DNA of 20,000 bases, taken from IMG/VR virus record IMGVR_UViG_3300001533_001549; one strand, 5' to 3'. This DNA is from an uncultured virus (IMG/VR IMGVR_UViG_3300001533_001549). Its lineage: Duplodnaviria; Heunggongvirae; Uroviricota; Caudoviricetes. Shown in pieces: positions 1 to 8,198 of this stretch. Under the pieces are notes generated by a model. It worked only from the letters and a program-made list of their open reading frames with translations. It was not told where the DNA came from and searched no databases. The translations under genes were made by a program, and so were the position numbers. How positions within the stretch are numbered: position 1 is the first letter of the stretch; every line of letters starts with the position of its first letter.

Positions 1-201
1 CAGGTCGCCGCCCAGTACTTCTACTACGACAAGTACGTCTGCCACCACGGCACGGAGTTCTTCTACCACGTGGTGTTCAACGAGGACGACCCTATGTACA
101 GGCTCACCAAGGACGTTGTCGACAGACGCGTCAGGCTGAACAGGCCTGAGGCGCTCAAGGACCTCATACGCAAGGTTGAAGCCATGACGAAGGAGGACTG
201 A
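1..201 (+). CDS. Hypothetical phage protein, 5'-truncated (QVAAQYFYYDKYV...DLIRKVEAMTKED)
   Basis: Frame 1 is open from base 1 to TGA at 199-201. Its tail contains AAGGAGG serving the next ATG (204). Absent from the ORF track because the start lies outside the window. Confidence 0.7.
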   Translation, partial: QVAAQYFYYDKYVCHHGTEFFYHVVFNEDDPMYRLTKDVVDRRVRLNRPEALKDLIRKVEAMTKED

Positions 202-203
202 CC

Positions 204-467
204 ATGGAACGCGCACATCTGATCCACAAAGAGATCGTCCATATGGGGTATGTCATGCGGCACGCTGACCTGTTGATGAGGTCGAGAGGACGGCGTCATA
301 CTTTCTACACCGAGTACGTCATCGAAAAGAACGACATCGAGTACCGGTTGCATGTCAAAGCTTTCGGTAAGCCCCGCTATTATCTCTACAAAGGTTCCGA
401 CTTGGCGGATGTTGTGCCGAGACAACGCGACATCATCGCGCTTATAAGAAAATATGAGGAGGAATAA
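204..467 (+). CDS. Hypothetical protein, 87 aa, probable paralog of the upstream gene
   Basis: AAGGAGG RBS upstream of the ATG; tight packing; shares spaced motifs with 1..201. Confidence 0.75.
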   Translation: MERAHLIHKEIVHMGYVMRHADLLMRSRGRRHTFYTEYVIEKNDIEYRLHVKAFGKPRYYLYKGSDLADVVPRQRDIIALIRKYEEE

Positions 468-469
468 CC

Positions 470-925
470 ATGGCATTTGATGACATCATGAAAAAGATTG
501 ACGAAGAGATCGCGGCTTCGAAAACCGAACCCGTGACCGTGGCGGCCAAGGCCGCACCTGAAGGTGAGCCGGGCGGAACCGTGCAGGGCACACCTGTCGC
601 CAAGCCTGGCACGGAGCGTGTGACGTTCGATGCCCAGACGTTCCAGATGATGGAGTGCATCACCAGCGCGACGGGCATGAAGAAGCAACGGTATTGTGTG
701 GTGGAGAAAAACGTCAGGCCGAAGTACGGCAACCAGTTCGTGAACAGCAACGGTTTCCGTACACACGTGATCACACGCGAGGCTTATATACTGCTGACCG
801 GTGTGCTTGCCAGCGCCCGCGCCCAGATCAAGAAACTTTCGGATGCCCTTGAGCGTGTCGAAGAACAGCGTGACCTGTTCAAGATGACGATCGACGCCCT
901 TCGCAAGAACGGAGTGATCGACTGA
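470..925 (+). CDS. Hypothetical protein with low-complexity N-terminus and C-terminal coiled coil
   Basis: GAGGAGG RBS; heptad-like QIKKLSDALERVEEQRDLFKMTIDAL; stop overlaps the next start (TGATG). Confidence 0.8.
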   Translation: MAFDDIMKKIDEEIAASKTEPVTVAAKAAPEGEPGGTVQGTPVAKPGTERVTFDAQTFQMMECITSATGMKKQRYCVVEKNVRPKYGNQFVNSNGFRTHVITREAYILLTGVLASARAQIKKLSDALERVEEQRDLFKMTIDALRKNGVID

Positions 926-1461
926 TGAAACCACTGACCAAGTATGAGCAGGGTTTGATTCGAGGGTTCGCCACTACCGTTTCTTATGCGATTATGGTGC
1001 TTGATGGCGAAATAGACGCGATTGCGATGGCCATCGAAGACGGCTTGGGTGCTTTTGCCAAATGGTCGGAGCTTGTCAAATACTGTCNNNNNNNNNNNNN
1101 NNNNNNNNNNNNNNNNNNNNNNNNNNNNNNNNNNNNNNNNNNNGAACAACTGATGGACCCCTACGACGACATAGCCTTCTGGACAACAGGGCTTTCCAAC
1201 AAATGGCTGAAAGAACTTCGTGCGATGAAGAACGGAAAGCATGTGCCTGGACTCAGATTCTTTATCACGGATCTCAATGACATAACAGGTCGCTTTAAGG
1301 GGGGATTCAGGCACGTGTCAGGCAACAACGCGATTTATGTCAGGCCTTCCGGAGAGATCGTATACGGAACATACATGAGCACTAATGTATACAAAATGAG
1401 ATTCGATTTGATTGAAGACCTTTTCTATGAAGGTCTCGTCGAAATAAGGAGGATATCATGA
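925..1461 (+). CDS. Hypothetical protein spanning an assembly gap
   Basis: TGATG coupling upstream and ATGA coupling downstream. Continuity across the N-run is not verifiable. Confidence 0.6.
   Translation: MKPLTKYEQGLIRGFATTVSYAIMVLDGEIDAIAMAIEDGLGAFAKWSELVKYCXXXXXXXXXXXXXXXXXXXEQLMDPYDDIAFWTTGLSNKWLKELRAMKNGKHVPGLRFFITDLNDITGRFKGGFRHVSGNNAIYVRPSGEIVYGTYMSTNVYKMRFDLIEDLFYEGLVEIRRIS
1088..1143. other. Assembly gap (56 N)
   Basis: Run of n characters seen directly. Confidence 0.99.
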
Positions 1462-1913
1462 AGAAACTTTTGATGCTGCTGTTGTTGTTCTTTCTGGTCG
1501 CCTGCAAGCCCACAGACGACAGTCTGCTGCGTGACACCCTTTCCGGTATGGGAGGCTACTCTTATCTGGATACTGAGTTCGAGTCGGAGTATTCCGGTGA
1601 TTCGTTCAACGGAGAAGGGTTCTTCGTGTTGGTTTACGAGGACTCGATCAACGCCGCGTACTTCGCAGAGAACAGGGTCGCGCTGATCGAACTGACCTAC
1701 TATATAAAGCTCTTCAAGGACGACATCAAGATCACCGTGGCCAGTCTGACCTACACGGATTACGAGTTGGAAGTCTATGTCGATGTGGAGTTCTATGAGG
1801 AACCTTTCGACGGAGGACATACCATGGATGACTATGTCGAGCTTCTTGAGAGTCTGGATGTCGAAGACATCAGGGAGATTCTTGCCGACTCGCATTTCCT
1901 TGATAAGAAATGA
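1458..1913 (+). CDS. Acidic lipoprotein (signal peptidase II substrate)
   Basis: MKK plus hydrophobic LLMLLLLFF plus lipobox LVAC; AAGGAGG RBS; D/E-rich mature part. Confidence 0.8.
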   Translation: MKKLLMLLLLFFLVACKPTDDSLLRDTLSGMGGYSYLDTEFESEYSGDSFNGEGFFVLVYEDSINAAYFAENRVALIELTYYIKLFKDDIKITVASLTYTDYELEVYVDVEFYEEPFDGGHTMDDYVELLESLDVEDIREILADSHFLDKK

Positions 1914-2269
1914 CGAAGGAGAAACAACTCGAACGCAAGTTCTGCAAGTGGTGTCGTTTGAAAGGCATCGAGCCTGTCAAGGGGCCTGCCGAATACGCGA
2001 AGGGCTTTCCTGACAGGTTCCTTCAGCTTCCGAACGGAGGTGGCACGATCTACGTCGAGTTCAAGGGTACAAGTTACTACGGGCTCACGCCGCTCCAAGA
2101 GTGGTGGAAGAAGTATTTGCTGGACTCGGACCCGAACAGATATTACTTTGTCGAGGATGACGCGGGGCTTGCGGCTCTCCAGAAGCGCTGTAAAGACCTG
2201 ATTGCCATAGGCCCTGCTCTTGTGATCTATGAGAAACAGTTGCTGGACCAGTTGGAAGCCAGTAAATGA
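1910..2269 (+). CDS. VRR-NUC domain nuclease (PD-(D/E)xK fold)
   Basis: EKQLERK...GFPDRF...IYVEFKG...LTPLQEWW is the typical VRR-NUC motif series of phage proteins. Confidence 0.85.
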   Translation: MTKEKQLERKFCKWCRLKGIEPVKGPAEYAKGFPDRFLQLPNGGGTIYVEFKGTSYYGLTPLQEWWKKYLLDSDPNRYYFVEDDAGLAALQKRCKDLIAIGPALVIYEKQLLDQLEASK

Positions 2270-2281
2270 ATATGATATAAT
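2252..2281 (+). promoter_or_regulatory. Putative sigma70/sigA promoter with extended -10
   Basis: TGaTATAAT at 2273-2281; TTGGAA at 2252-2257 (18-nt spacer); followed by AAGGAGG at 2289-2295. Confidence 0.65.
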
Positions 2282-2304
2282 AAAGCAAAAGGAGGTTGAC
2301 AATT

Positions 2305-2565
2305 ATGTTCGAAAGCCTTATCCCGATGTTGGAAGAACTTGGTGTTTCCTTTGAGGAGGATTACGATACAGGGACGCTTACGATTGATGTGGCGTCAATT
2401 GACAAGATCGCATTGATCAGCGTGATCGCTGAACTGAACAACGCCGGCATGCCTTTCACGATAGACGACCAGTCCATTGTTGTCGAAGGTGGCATGGTGG
2501 AAGAACCTGCCATGGACGATTCCGAACAAATGGACATCGCCCTTGACGAAATGATGAATGCTTGA
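2305..2565 (+). CDS. Small, very acidic hypothetical protein (MFESLIPMLEELG...)
   Basis: ATG at 2305 is properly spaced from AAGGAGG (the track's TTG at 2296 abuts the RBS); strongly D/E-rich with almost no basic residues. Confidence 0.75.
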   Translation: MFESLIPMLEELGVSFEEDYDTGTLTIDVASIDKIALISVIAELNNAGMPFTIDDQSIVVEGGMVEEPAMDDSEQMDIALDEMMNA

Positions 2566-3166
2566 GCATACGCCCAAGTACGTAGCGGAATGTCTGCGCG
2601 TAGGGATACTCACGGAAGAGAAGATTCGTGAGTATCCTTTGCGCCCGGCCAATCTCGCCATGCTCTTGAAACTCTACGCGATCGAGACACAGAAACCTTA
2701 CGGTATCGATGTGCTCCGGTTCTCCGAGTTGGACCGGTATGTCCTTTACATGACTGACGACGGGCTCGAATGGATGATCCGTTCGCTCAAGAATCATAGT
2801 ATCGAGTTCCTGCAGCGTACGCTTCAGTTCATGTTTCTGGGCATCGACAGTGTGGACGAACTTCCGCTCACGAATTTCAAAGGCGAGAAGGGCATTAAGC
2901 CCAAAGCCGGTACCAGACAGGCTGCTGTGCTGGTGCGCCACCACAAACGTGCCCGACGGGAGTTCCATTTCGAGACGCTCAGGGAAGCCCGTGCGGAGCT
3001 TTTGAAGCTTACACGGTTCTATCCCATTGACGAGTTCAAGCTTTACCGTGTGCGCAAAGACACCAGGGGCGGCAAGACAACTTACTACCGCGAAGAGGTC
3101 CGGACTGTTCTGCCTCCATCGAAACGAGGCATAGCCCAGGGCTTTCAGAACAGGAGGTCATCATGA
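2558..3166 (+). CDS. Hypothetical protein, basic C-terminal half (possibly nucleic-acid binding)
   Basis: 202-aa ORF overlapping both neighbours in operon style; R/K-rich C-terminus. Confidence 0.7.
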   Translation: MLEHTPKYVAECLRVGILTEEKIREYPLRPANLAMLLKLYAIETQKPYGIDVLRFSELDRYVLYMTDDGLEWMIRSLKNHSIEFLQRTLQFMFLGIDSVDELPLTNFKGEKGIKPKAGTRQAAVLVRHHKRARREFHFETLREARAELLKLTRFYPIDEFKLYRVRKDTRGGKTTYYREEVRTVLPPSKRGIAQGFQNRRSS

Positions 3167-3594
3167 TCCCTTTGGATATTTTCCTTCAGAACGAACCACG
3201 TATGATTCATTTGGCCACCATTTGGAACAGGGCTGAAGCCAACGCCATGGCGTATGAACGCCTTTTTGTGTCGAACCCGCACGAGCTTGCGGACATCATC
3301 AAGCAAGGTACGACCTATGACGATTGGCAGATGTTCATCTCTGACAGCCGTGTGCAGGATTATGTTGACCGTATCATCTACACCCAGGCCGGTATCATGA
3401 TCAACAAGTTCATGAAGGACGGCGTGCATCTGTCCCAAGCTGATGCGACCAAGCTGAACTCCGCGATCAAATACCGCGACGACCACAAGCCGAACTACGC
3501 CATACCTGTGCAATACCTCTACATCCAGACGCCGTTGACACGTGACGAACGGGAGTTCCTTCCGGATATCCCCGAGAACAAAAACTGGAGATGA
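3163..3594 (+). CDS. Hypothetical protein; positional candidate for terminase small subunit
   Basis: AGGAGG RBS; 143 aa; immediately upstream of the large terminase. Function inferred from position only. Confidence 0.5.
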   Translation: MIPLDIFLQNEPRMIHLATIWNRAEANAMAYERLFVSNPHELADIIKQGTTYDDWQMFISDSRVQDYVDRIIYTQAGIMINKFMKDGVHLSQADATKLNSAIKYRDDHKPNYAIPVQYLYIQTPLTRDEREFLPDIPENKNWR

Positions 3595-3600
3595 GTCATT

Positions 3601-5469
3601 TTGAAGCCGAGAAGCATTCTGGACAACGATGATGACGATGATGTGACATCAATCGTCGAAGAGTCATTGCTTTTGCCGGGCGTTCCCAAGGAGACGCTTG
3701 TTTCCGCGCCGCCCGCCAAGCTTGACACTTCGACGATTTCTGTTTGCCCCAGGTGCGGTAAGCCTCTTGTCGCACCAACCGCGGTCGGAGGTGCTCCGAG
3801 TGTGTCGTGGTTGGAGTGTCCCGCATGCGGCGCTCTCGTGAACACGTACAAGCCCACGATATACCAGGCGGTTTTTCTGAAACGCACAGAGCGTTACAAG
3901 ATGGCAGCAGGTGGTTACGGTTCCGGTAAATCCCGCGTCAATATCGAAGACGTGATAAAACATCTTCTCCTTATTCCGAATGCACGTGTCATCGTGGCCG
4001 CGAGATCGTATCCGGCGCTTGACGCGACGTTCGTCAAAGAGTTTTACTCGATGCTTCCGGACAAGCTGGTCCGCAGGAAGAACGACCAGAAGCACGAGCT
4101 GACATTGACCAACGGGAGCGAGCTCCTCTTCAGGTCTTTCGATGACCCGACCAAACTCAAATCGATCAATGCCACAATGATCGTGATCATCGAAGCTTCC
4201 GATGTCCCTCATGAGGGTTTCAGGATGATGCAGTCGCGTCTCCGTAACACGGCGGCGATGCTGCCCGAGTTCGACAAGAACGGACAACCGGTCTATGTCT
4301 GGAACGACAAAAGCAAATCCTTCCGTCCCAAGTACCGTGTGGACGTGAGGCATATCAACCTTGAGACCAATCCGGATTCCGGGTGGGTCAAAAAGGATTT
4401 TCTGTTGGATTCGAAGACGGTCGAGTTCTATGGTGACGCCTTTGATGAAGGCTACGTGTACAACAAGACCCCTGATCCCAACAAGTATACCCAGGTCGTG
4501 TCCACGGAAGCGAACACGCACCTTCCGGAAGGCTATGTCGAAGAACAGACCCGTGACAAAAGTCCGGCGTATATCGCGCAGTTCTTCAAGAGCAGCTTCA
4601 ATTTCTCCACAAACCTGGTGCTTCCCAACGCGGGCATGTGTGTTGTTCCTCCGCATAAGCTTCCGAGAACCTATAACGACATAGGTCAACGGGTGTTGTG
4701 GTTCGCCATAGGAGTCGACTATGGTGTGAACGATCCGACCCATGTCGTCTTCACGGCGTTCTCGACAGAGACACGCAAACTGTATGTCTTTGCCGAGTAC
4801 CGTACGAACAACACTGACGTCAAAGACATATGCAAAGCGTACCGTCACGAGCTGCGTGTCAACGGAACGGATCTTGACGGGCTGTTCATGTTGCCAAGGT
4901 TCGATGGTCGCAGTTACAACAAACGCGAAAGTGACCTTGCCACAATCGGTTCGACCTTCGAGGACGAAGGACTGTTCTTCGATCCGGCGTTCGAAGGCAT
5001 GGAGACACGTATCATCAAGTTGAACTCCCTGTTCAACCATGAACAGATCGAGATCTTCTCCACATGTGAGTTTCTGGTGGACGAACTCTTGAACTGGAAG
5101 TTCAAACTTGACAAGCAGGGCAATGCCACAAACAAACCTGTGGACAAGAACGACCACGGCATCCAGGCACTGGCGTTTGTGGTTGTGGCCTTGCCTCACA
5201 ATCTGATGGAATTCCGATTAAGCGCGTTCCTTCCACCGGGCACACGTGTCGATCATGACAAACGGTTTGTTAAAAAGGCGCCTGCGCCCATGTACAATCC
5301 ATTATCCAAGGAGGATAGTAGAAATGACAGAGCTTTTGATGATTTTGATAGTCGTATTGTTGCTCCTGTTGGTCATCATGATATCCGGGCTTACAGTGTT
5401 TATGATGAAGAACCTTCAGATGAAGAGTCTCATGCAACCCTCAAAGCCTATATCCCAGGAGGTCATTGA
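3601..5469 (+). CDS. terL: Terminase large subunit with N-terminal Zn-ribbon
   Basis: Walker A GGYGSGKS (3910-3933), LTNGSELLFRSFDD, Walker B-like MIVIIEASD, coupling motif LETNP, RNase H-like IGVDYGVNDPT and PVDKNDHG; TTG start with GGAG upstream. Confidence 0.92.
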   Translation: MKPRSILDNDDDDDVTSIVEESLLLPGVPKETLVSAPPAKLDTSTISVCPRCGKPLVAPTAVGGAPSVSWLECPACGALVNTYKPTIYQAVFLKRTERYKMAAGGYGSGKSRVNIEDVIKHLLLIPNARVIVAARSYPALDATFVKEFYSMLPDKLVRRKNDQKHELTLTNGSELLFRSFDDPTKLKSINATMIVIIEASDVPHEGFRMMQSRLRNTAAMLPEFDKNGQPVYVWNDKSKSFRPKYRVDVRHINLETNPDSGWVKKDFLLDSKTVEFYGDAFDEGYVYNKTPDPNKYTQVVSTEANTHLPEGYVEEQTRDKSPAYIAQFFKSSFNFSTNLVLPNAGMCVVPPHKLPRTYNDIGQRVLWFAIGVDYGVNDPTHVVFTAFSTETRKLYVFAEYRTNNTDVKDICKAYRHELRVNGTDLDGLFMLPRFDGRSYNKRESDLATIGSTFEDEGLFFDPAFEGMETRIIKLNSLFNHEQIEIFSTCEFLVDELLNWKFKLDKQGNATNKPVDKNDHGIQALAFVVVALPHNLMEFRLSAFLPPGTRVDHDKRFVKKAPAPMYNPLSKEDSRNDRAFDDFDSRIVAPVGHHDIRAYSVYDEEPSDEESHATLKAYIPGGH

Positions 5470-5710
5470 CGAAAATGACAGGCCTCCGTTAGCTCCCAGC
5501 AGCAATCTCATGGGCGACGACCCTGATGCTGAGGACACGGAGTTGGCGAACCAGGTCGATGAAAACGCGATGAGACGCAAGCAGGAAGAGCGACGACAGC
5601 TTGAAGAGGCCATGCGTGCCAGCATGGACAAGTATAACGAAGCGCTCAACGCCACGCTCGACGAGATCAGACTGGGCAAGCCCGCACACAGACGTACAGA
5701 TGACAGGTGA
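5324..5710 (+). CDS. Single-pass membrane protein with acidic/coiled-coil tail, overlapping the terL 3' end
   Basis: AAGGAGG at 5308-5314, ATG at 5324, hydrophobic LLMILIVVLLLLLVIMISGLTVFMM; its stop overlaps the portal start. Confidence 0.75.
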   Translation: MTELLMILIVVLLLLLVIMISGLTVFMMKNLQMKSLMQPSKPISQEVIDENDRPPLAPSSNLMGDDPDAEDTELANQVDENAMRRKQEERRQLEEAMRASMDKYNEALNATLDEIRLGKPAHRRTDDR

Positions 5711-7452
5711 TGACAATGGCGCAGAACACACACAAAGCCCCGGATCTGATGCAGAAGTTCCGGGAGTATCAAAGCTACAAGCAGAACATTCTTTCCGAAT
5801 GGCGTCTGTTGCGGTCACTCTATAGGGGTGAATTCTGGCTTGTTTTCAAAAAGTATCTGAAGGAGTACACAGTCACACCTGACTGGAACTACTTCGAATA
5901 TGTTGTCCAAGGTTTTTTGAACTCCATTTACAGCGGCGCGTTCATCGGCACTGTCACACCACGCCGCACCGAAGACGAGAAAGCTGTGCAAGCCCTGAAC
6001 AGTTTCATCGCGTACAACTGGAACAAATGGGGCATGAAAAACAAGTTCCTTCACATCGGTGAGAAAGGCGAGCTTTATAACATCGGCGCGCTTCGTGTCG
6101 ACTGGGACGCTGAGAAAGGGCACACAAAACTTCAGACTTTGGCGCCGCATGAGATCTATCTCGATCCAAGTGTTTCCGACTACCGCGAAGGCGAAGCGAT
6201 CTTCATCGAACGTGCGGTGCACATCGATACCCTGAAGAAGAATCCTGATTTCAAAAAAGCTGTCGAAGAGTTCATCAAGAAAAATTCGGGACGCGTTGTC
6301 GACAAGACTGTGACGAACCGCATCGCCGGATTCGAGAACAGCCAGGGTTCGCAGAACAAACTTGTGTCTCTGATCGAATGCTTCATACGCAATGACAAAG
6401 GCGGTATCGACCAGGTGTTCATTCTGGACGAGACCGAACTCATTTTCGAAAAGGTGGGCATCCCTTTGTCAACGTTCCCTGTGGTCATCTATTCCCCGCA
6501 GCTTCCTGACGGAGGGCCCTATGGAAACTCCAAGCTGACAAAGATCCTGAACACCGTCATCGCATTGAACCTTCTGGACAGCATGGAAGCCACACAGCCT
6601 TACCGTCTTCTGAACCGTGTGCGCTTTGTCAATGTCGACGGACGTATCAACATGAGATCGTTCGCTGATCACGGCAACACACCAGGGGCTTCATTTGAAG
6701 TCAAAGGTGACCCGCGTACACTGGTGCATTATCAGGACATTCCTGTGGTTCCTGACATGGGTAATCTGAAACGCCGTCTGGAAGATTCAATATTCCAGGT
6801 CACAGGTGTCGATCCCCAGTACAAGGGCCGTATGACGAACTCGCTCCAGACGACAGGTGCGACCCAGGCTTTCCAGGCGCGCGTCTCAATGCTCACGGAC
6901 AATTCGCGTATCACGCAACTTGAGGAGTTCTGCGAGAACGTCACCCGTCTTCAGCTCGAGTTTTACTTCGAATATGCCGGAGACAGGGTTTACGATATTC
7001 CGAAACTTTCCGCCACGGGTACCAAGAAAGTCGTCGATCGCACTGAGTTGGACTTCAGTCGCATAGGTCTTGGCAAGAATGACTTTGACTATATGATAAC
7101 AGCCTCGACACTTCTTCCGATGAACCAGGCCAACCTCTTCGAAAGCGCGAAAGCCCTTTACGAGATGCAGGGACAGTACGGTTTCAAGAAGGCTGTCATC
7201 ACCGAACAGGACCTTGTCCGCTGGTCAGACTTCCCTCAAAAGGACCTTATCCTTCAAAGGCTCGAAAAAGAGGACCAGGAAAGCGTTGCCGAAAACCTTG
7301 TGGCGGATCTTACGAACTTTGCGTCCATCTTCTCAAGGATGCTTGCGCAAGGAATGTCGGAAGAGGAAGCAGCTCAGCAAGCGATCTCAATTCTCATCGA
7401 AGAAAAGAACGCGATGCAGCAGAATCCTTCCATTGGTCAAGGCTTCAATTGA
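5707..7452 (+). CDS. Portal protein (P22/podovirus-like); start may be ATG 5716
   Basis: 581 aa after terL; FYRGE-W-like start (LYRGEFW), EIYLDP, FPVVIY...PYG, IFQVTGV..QYKG, TTGATQ segments characteristic of P22-type portals. Confidence 0.85.
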   Translation: MMTMAQNTHKAPDLMQKFREYQSYKQNILSEWRLLRSLYRGEFWLVFKKYLKEYTVTPDWNYFEYVVQGFLNSIYSGAFIGTVTPRRTEDEKAVQALNSFIAYNWNKWGMKNKFLHIGEKGELYNIGALRVDWDAEKGHTKLQTLAPHEIYLDPSVSDYREGEAIFIERAVHIDTLKKNPDFKKAVEEFIKKNSGRVVDKTVTNRIAGFENSQGSQNKLVSLIECFIRNDKGGIDQVFILDETELIFEKVGIPLSTFPVVIYSPQLPDGGPYGNSKLTKILNTVIALNLLDSMEATQPYRLLNRVRFVNVDGRINMRSFADHGNTPGASFEVKGDPRTLVHYQDIPVVPDMGNLKRRLEDSIFQVTGVDPQYKGRMTNSLQTTGATQAFQARVSMLTDNSRITQLEEFCENVTRLQLEFYFEYAGDRVYDIPKLSATGTKKVVDRTELDFSRIGLGKNDFDYMITASTLLPMNQANLFESAKALYEMQGQYGFKKAVITEQDLVRWSDFPQKDLILQRLEKEDQESVAENLVADLTNFASIFSRMLAQGMSEEEAAQQAISILIEEKNAMQQNPSIGQGFN

Positions 7453-7461
7453 CGCACAAGG

Positions 7462-7491
7462 AACACAGACTGTTTACAGTCTGTGTTTTTT
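7462..7491 (+). terminator. Inverted repeat plus T tract after the portal (intrinsic terminator and/or operator)
   Basis: AACACAGACTGT (7462-7473) tt ACAGTCTGTGTT (7476-7487), a perfect 12-bp inverted repeat, followed by TTTT. Confidence 0.75.
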
Positions 7492-7501
7492 ATGTTATAA
7501 T
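7473..7501 (+). promoter_or_regulatory. Near-consensus sigma70/sigA promoter
   Basis: TTTACA (7473-7478), 17-nt spacer, TATAAT (7496-7501) with extended TG at 7493-7494. Confidence 0.75.
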
Positions 7502-7533
7502 ACAGATGTAAGATACCATAGTGAGGTGAAGAT

Positions 7534-8052
7534 ATGGCTGATACGCCGAAGAAACAGATGCACAAAGTGATCATCACGCTTGATGATGAAAAGCAACGGA
7601 TCAAAGTGGACTATCGTCCGAAGCTGGATCGGACGAACCTGAAGGATGTCAACCTGTTCATCAATGCGACATACACAGGTATGAACATGAGTCTCAAGAT
7701 GCTGTTGCAGGACGCGCCGGTTTTGCGCCCGGCGAGTGAGTTGGAACAGGAAGCGCACACGTATGTTTTTAAGGATGTTCTAAAAGACAACCAGCTTTAC
7801 AGAAGTCGGAAGGCTTTGCATGACAGCATCGCGTCAGGTTTCAATACGTTGCTGAAAGAGCTGTTCCCTGATATCCAGTATATCGAACAGTGGCAGAAAG
7901 CTGAACAGGAACGTGTGTTCGAGATGTCTTCTGAGGAAGCTGAAGAACGTCGTATCGAATTGGCGCGTGTCGCCGAACAGGTACGCAAAGGAGAGGAATC
8001 ATGCGACTCAGAGAATTCATCAAAGCAAGACGAGAACGTCGAAGACGCATAA
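7534..8052 (+). CDS. Hypothetical protein, 172 aa, acidic helical C-terminus
   Basis: GAGGTG RBS; first gene after the promoter. Confidence 0.8.
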   Translation: MADTPKKQMHKVIITLDDEKQRIKVDYRPKLDRTNLKDVNLFINATYTGMNMSLKMLLQDAPVLRPASELEQEAHTYVFKDVLKDNQLYRSRKALHDSIASGFNTLLKELFPDIQYIEQWQKAEQERVFEMSSEEAEERRIELARVAEQVRKGEESCDSENSSKQDENVEDA

Positions 8053-8198
8053 GACGTATGTCTTACGTGCCTGCGACTTCGTCTGACAATTTCACGCAGG
8101 ATGATTTGGAAGCGCGCTATCCTGAACGTCGCTGTGACAGATGCGACCGATGCGATCGCGGAGATGCTATGGAACCTGATACGGAGGAAGAGCAATGA
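8001..8198 (+). CDS. Small protein with Arg-rich N-terminus and (CDR)3 repeat
   Basis: AAAGGAGAGG RBS before the ATG; ATGA coupling with the next gene; fills otherwise empty 8053-8194. Confidence 0.55.
   Translation: MRLREFIKARRERRRRIRRMSYVPATSSDNFTQDDLEARYPERRCDRCDRCDRGDAMEPDTEEEQ

Noticed and set aside
3664..5199. 511-aa minus-strand ORF
   Set aside because: Antisense shadow of terL caused by its codon bias; no motifs or RBS. The same applies to the other minus-strand ORFs in the track.
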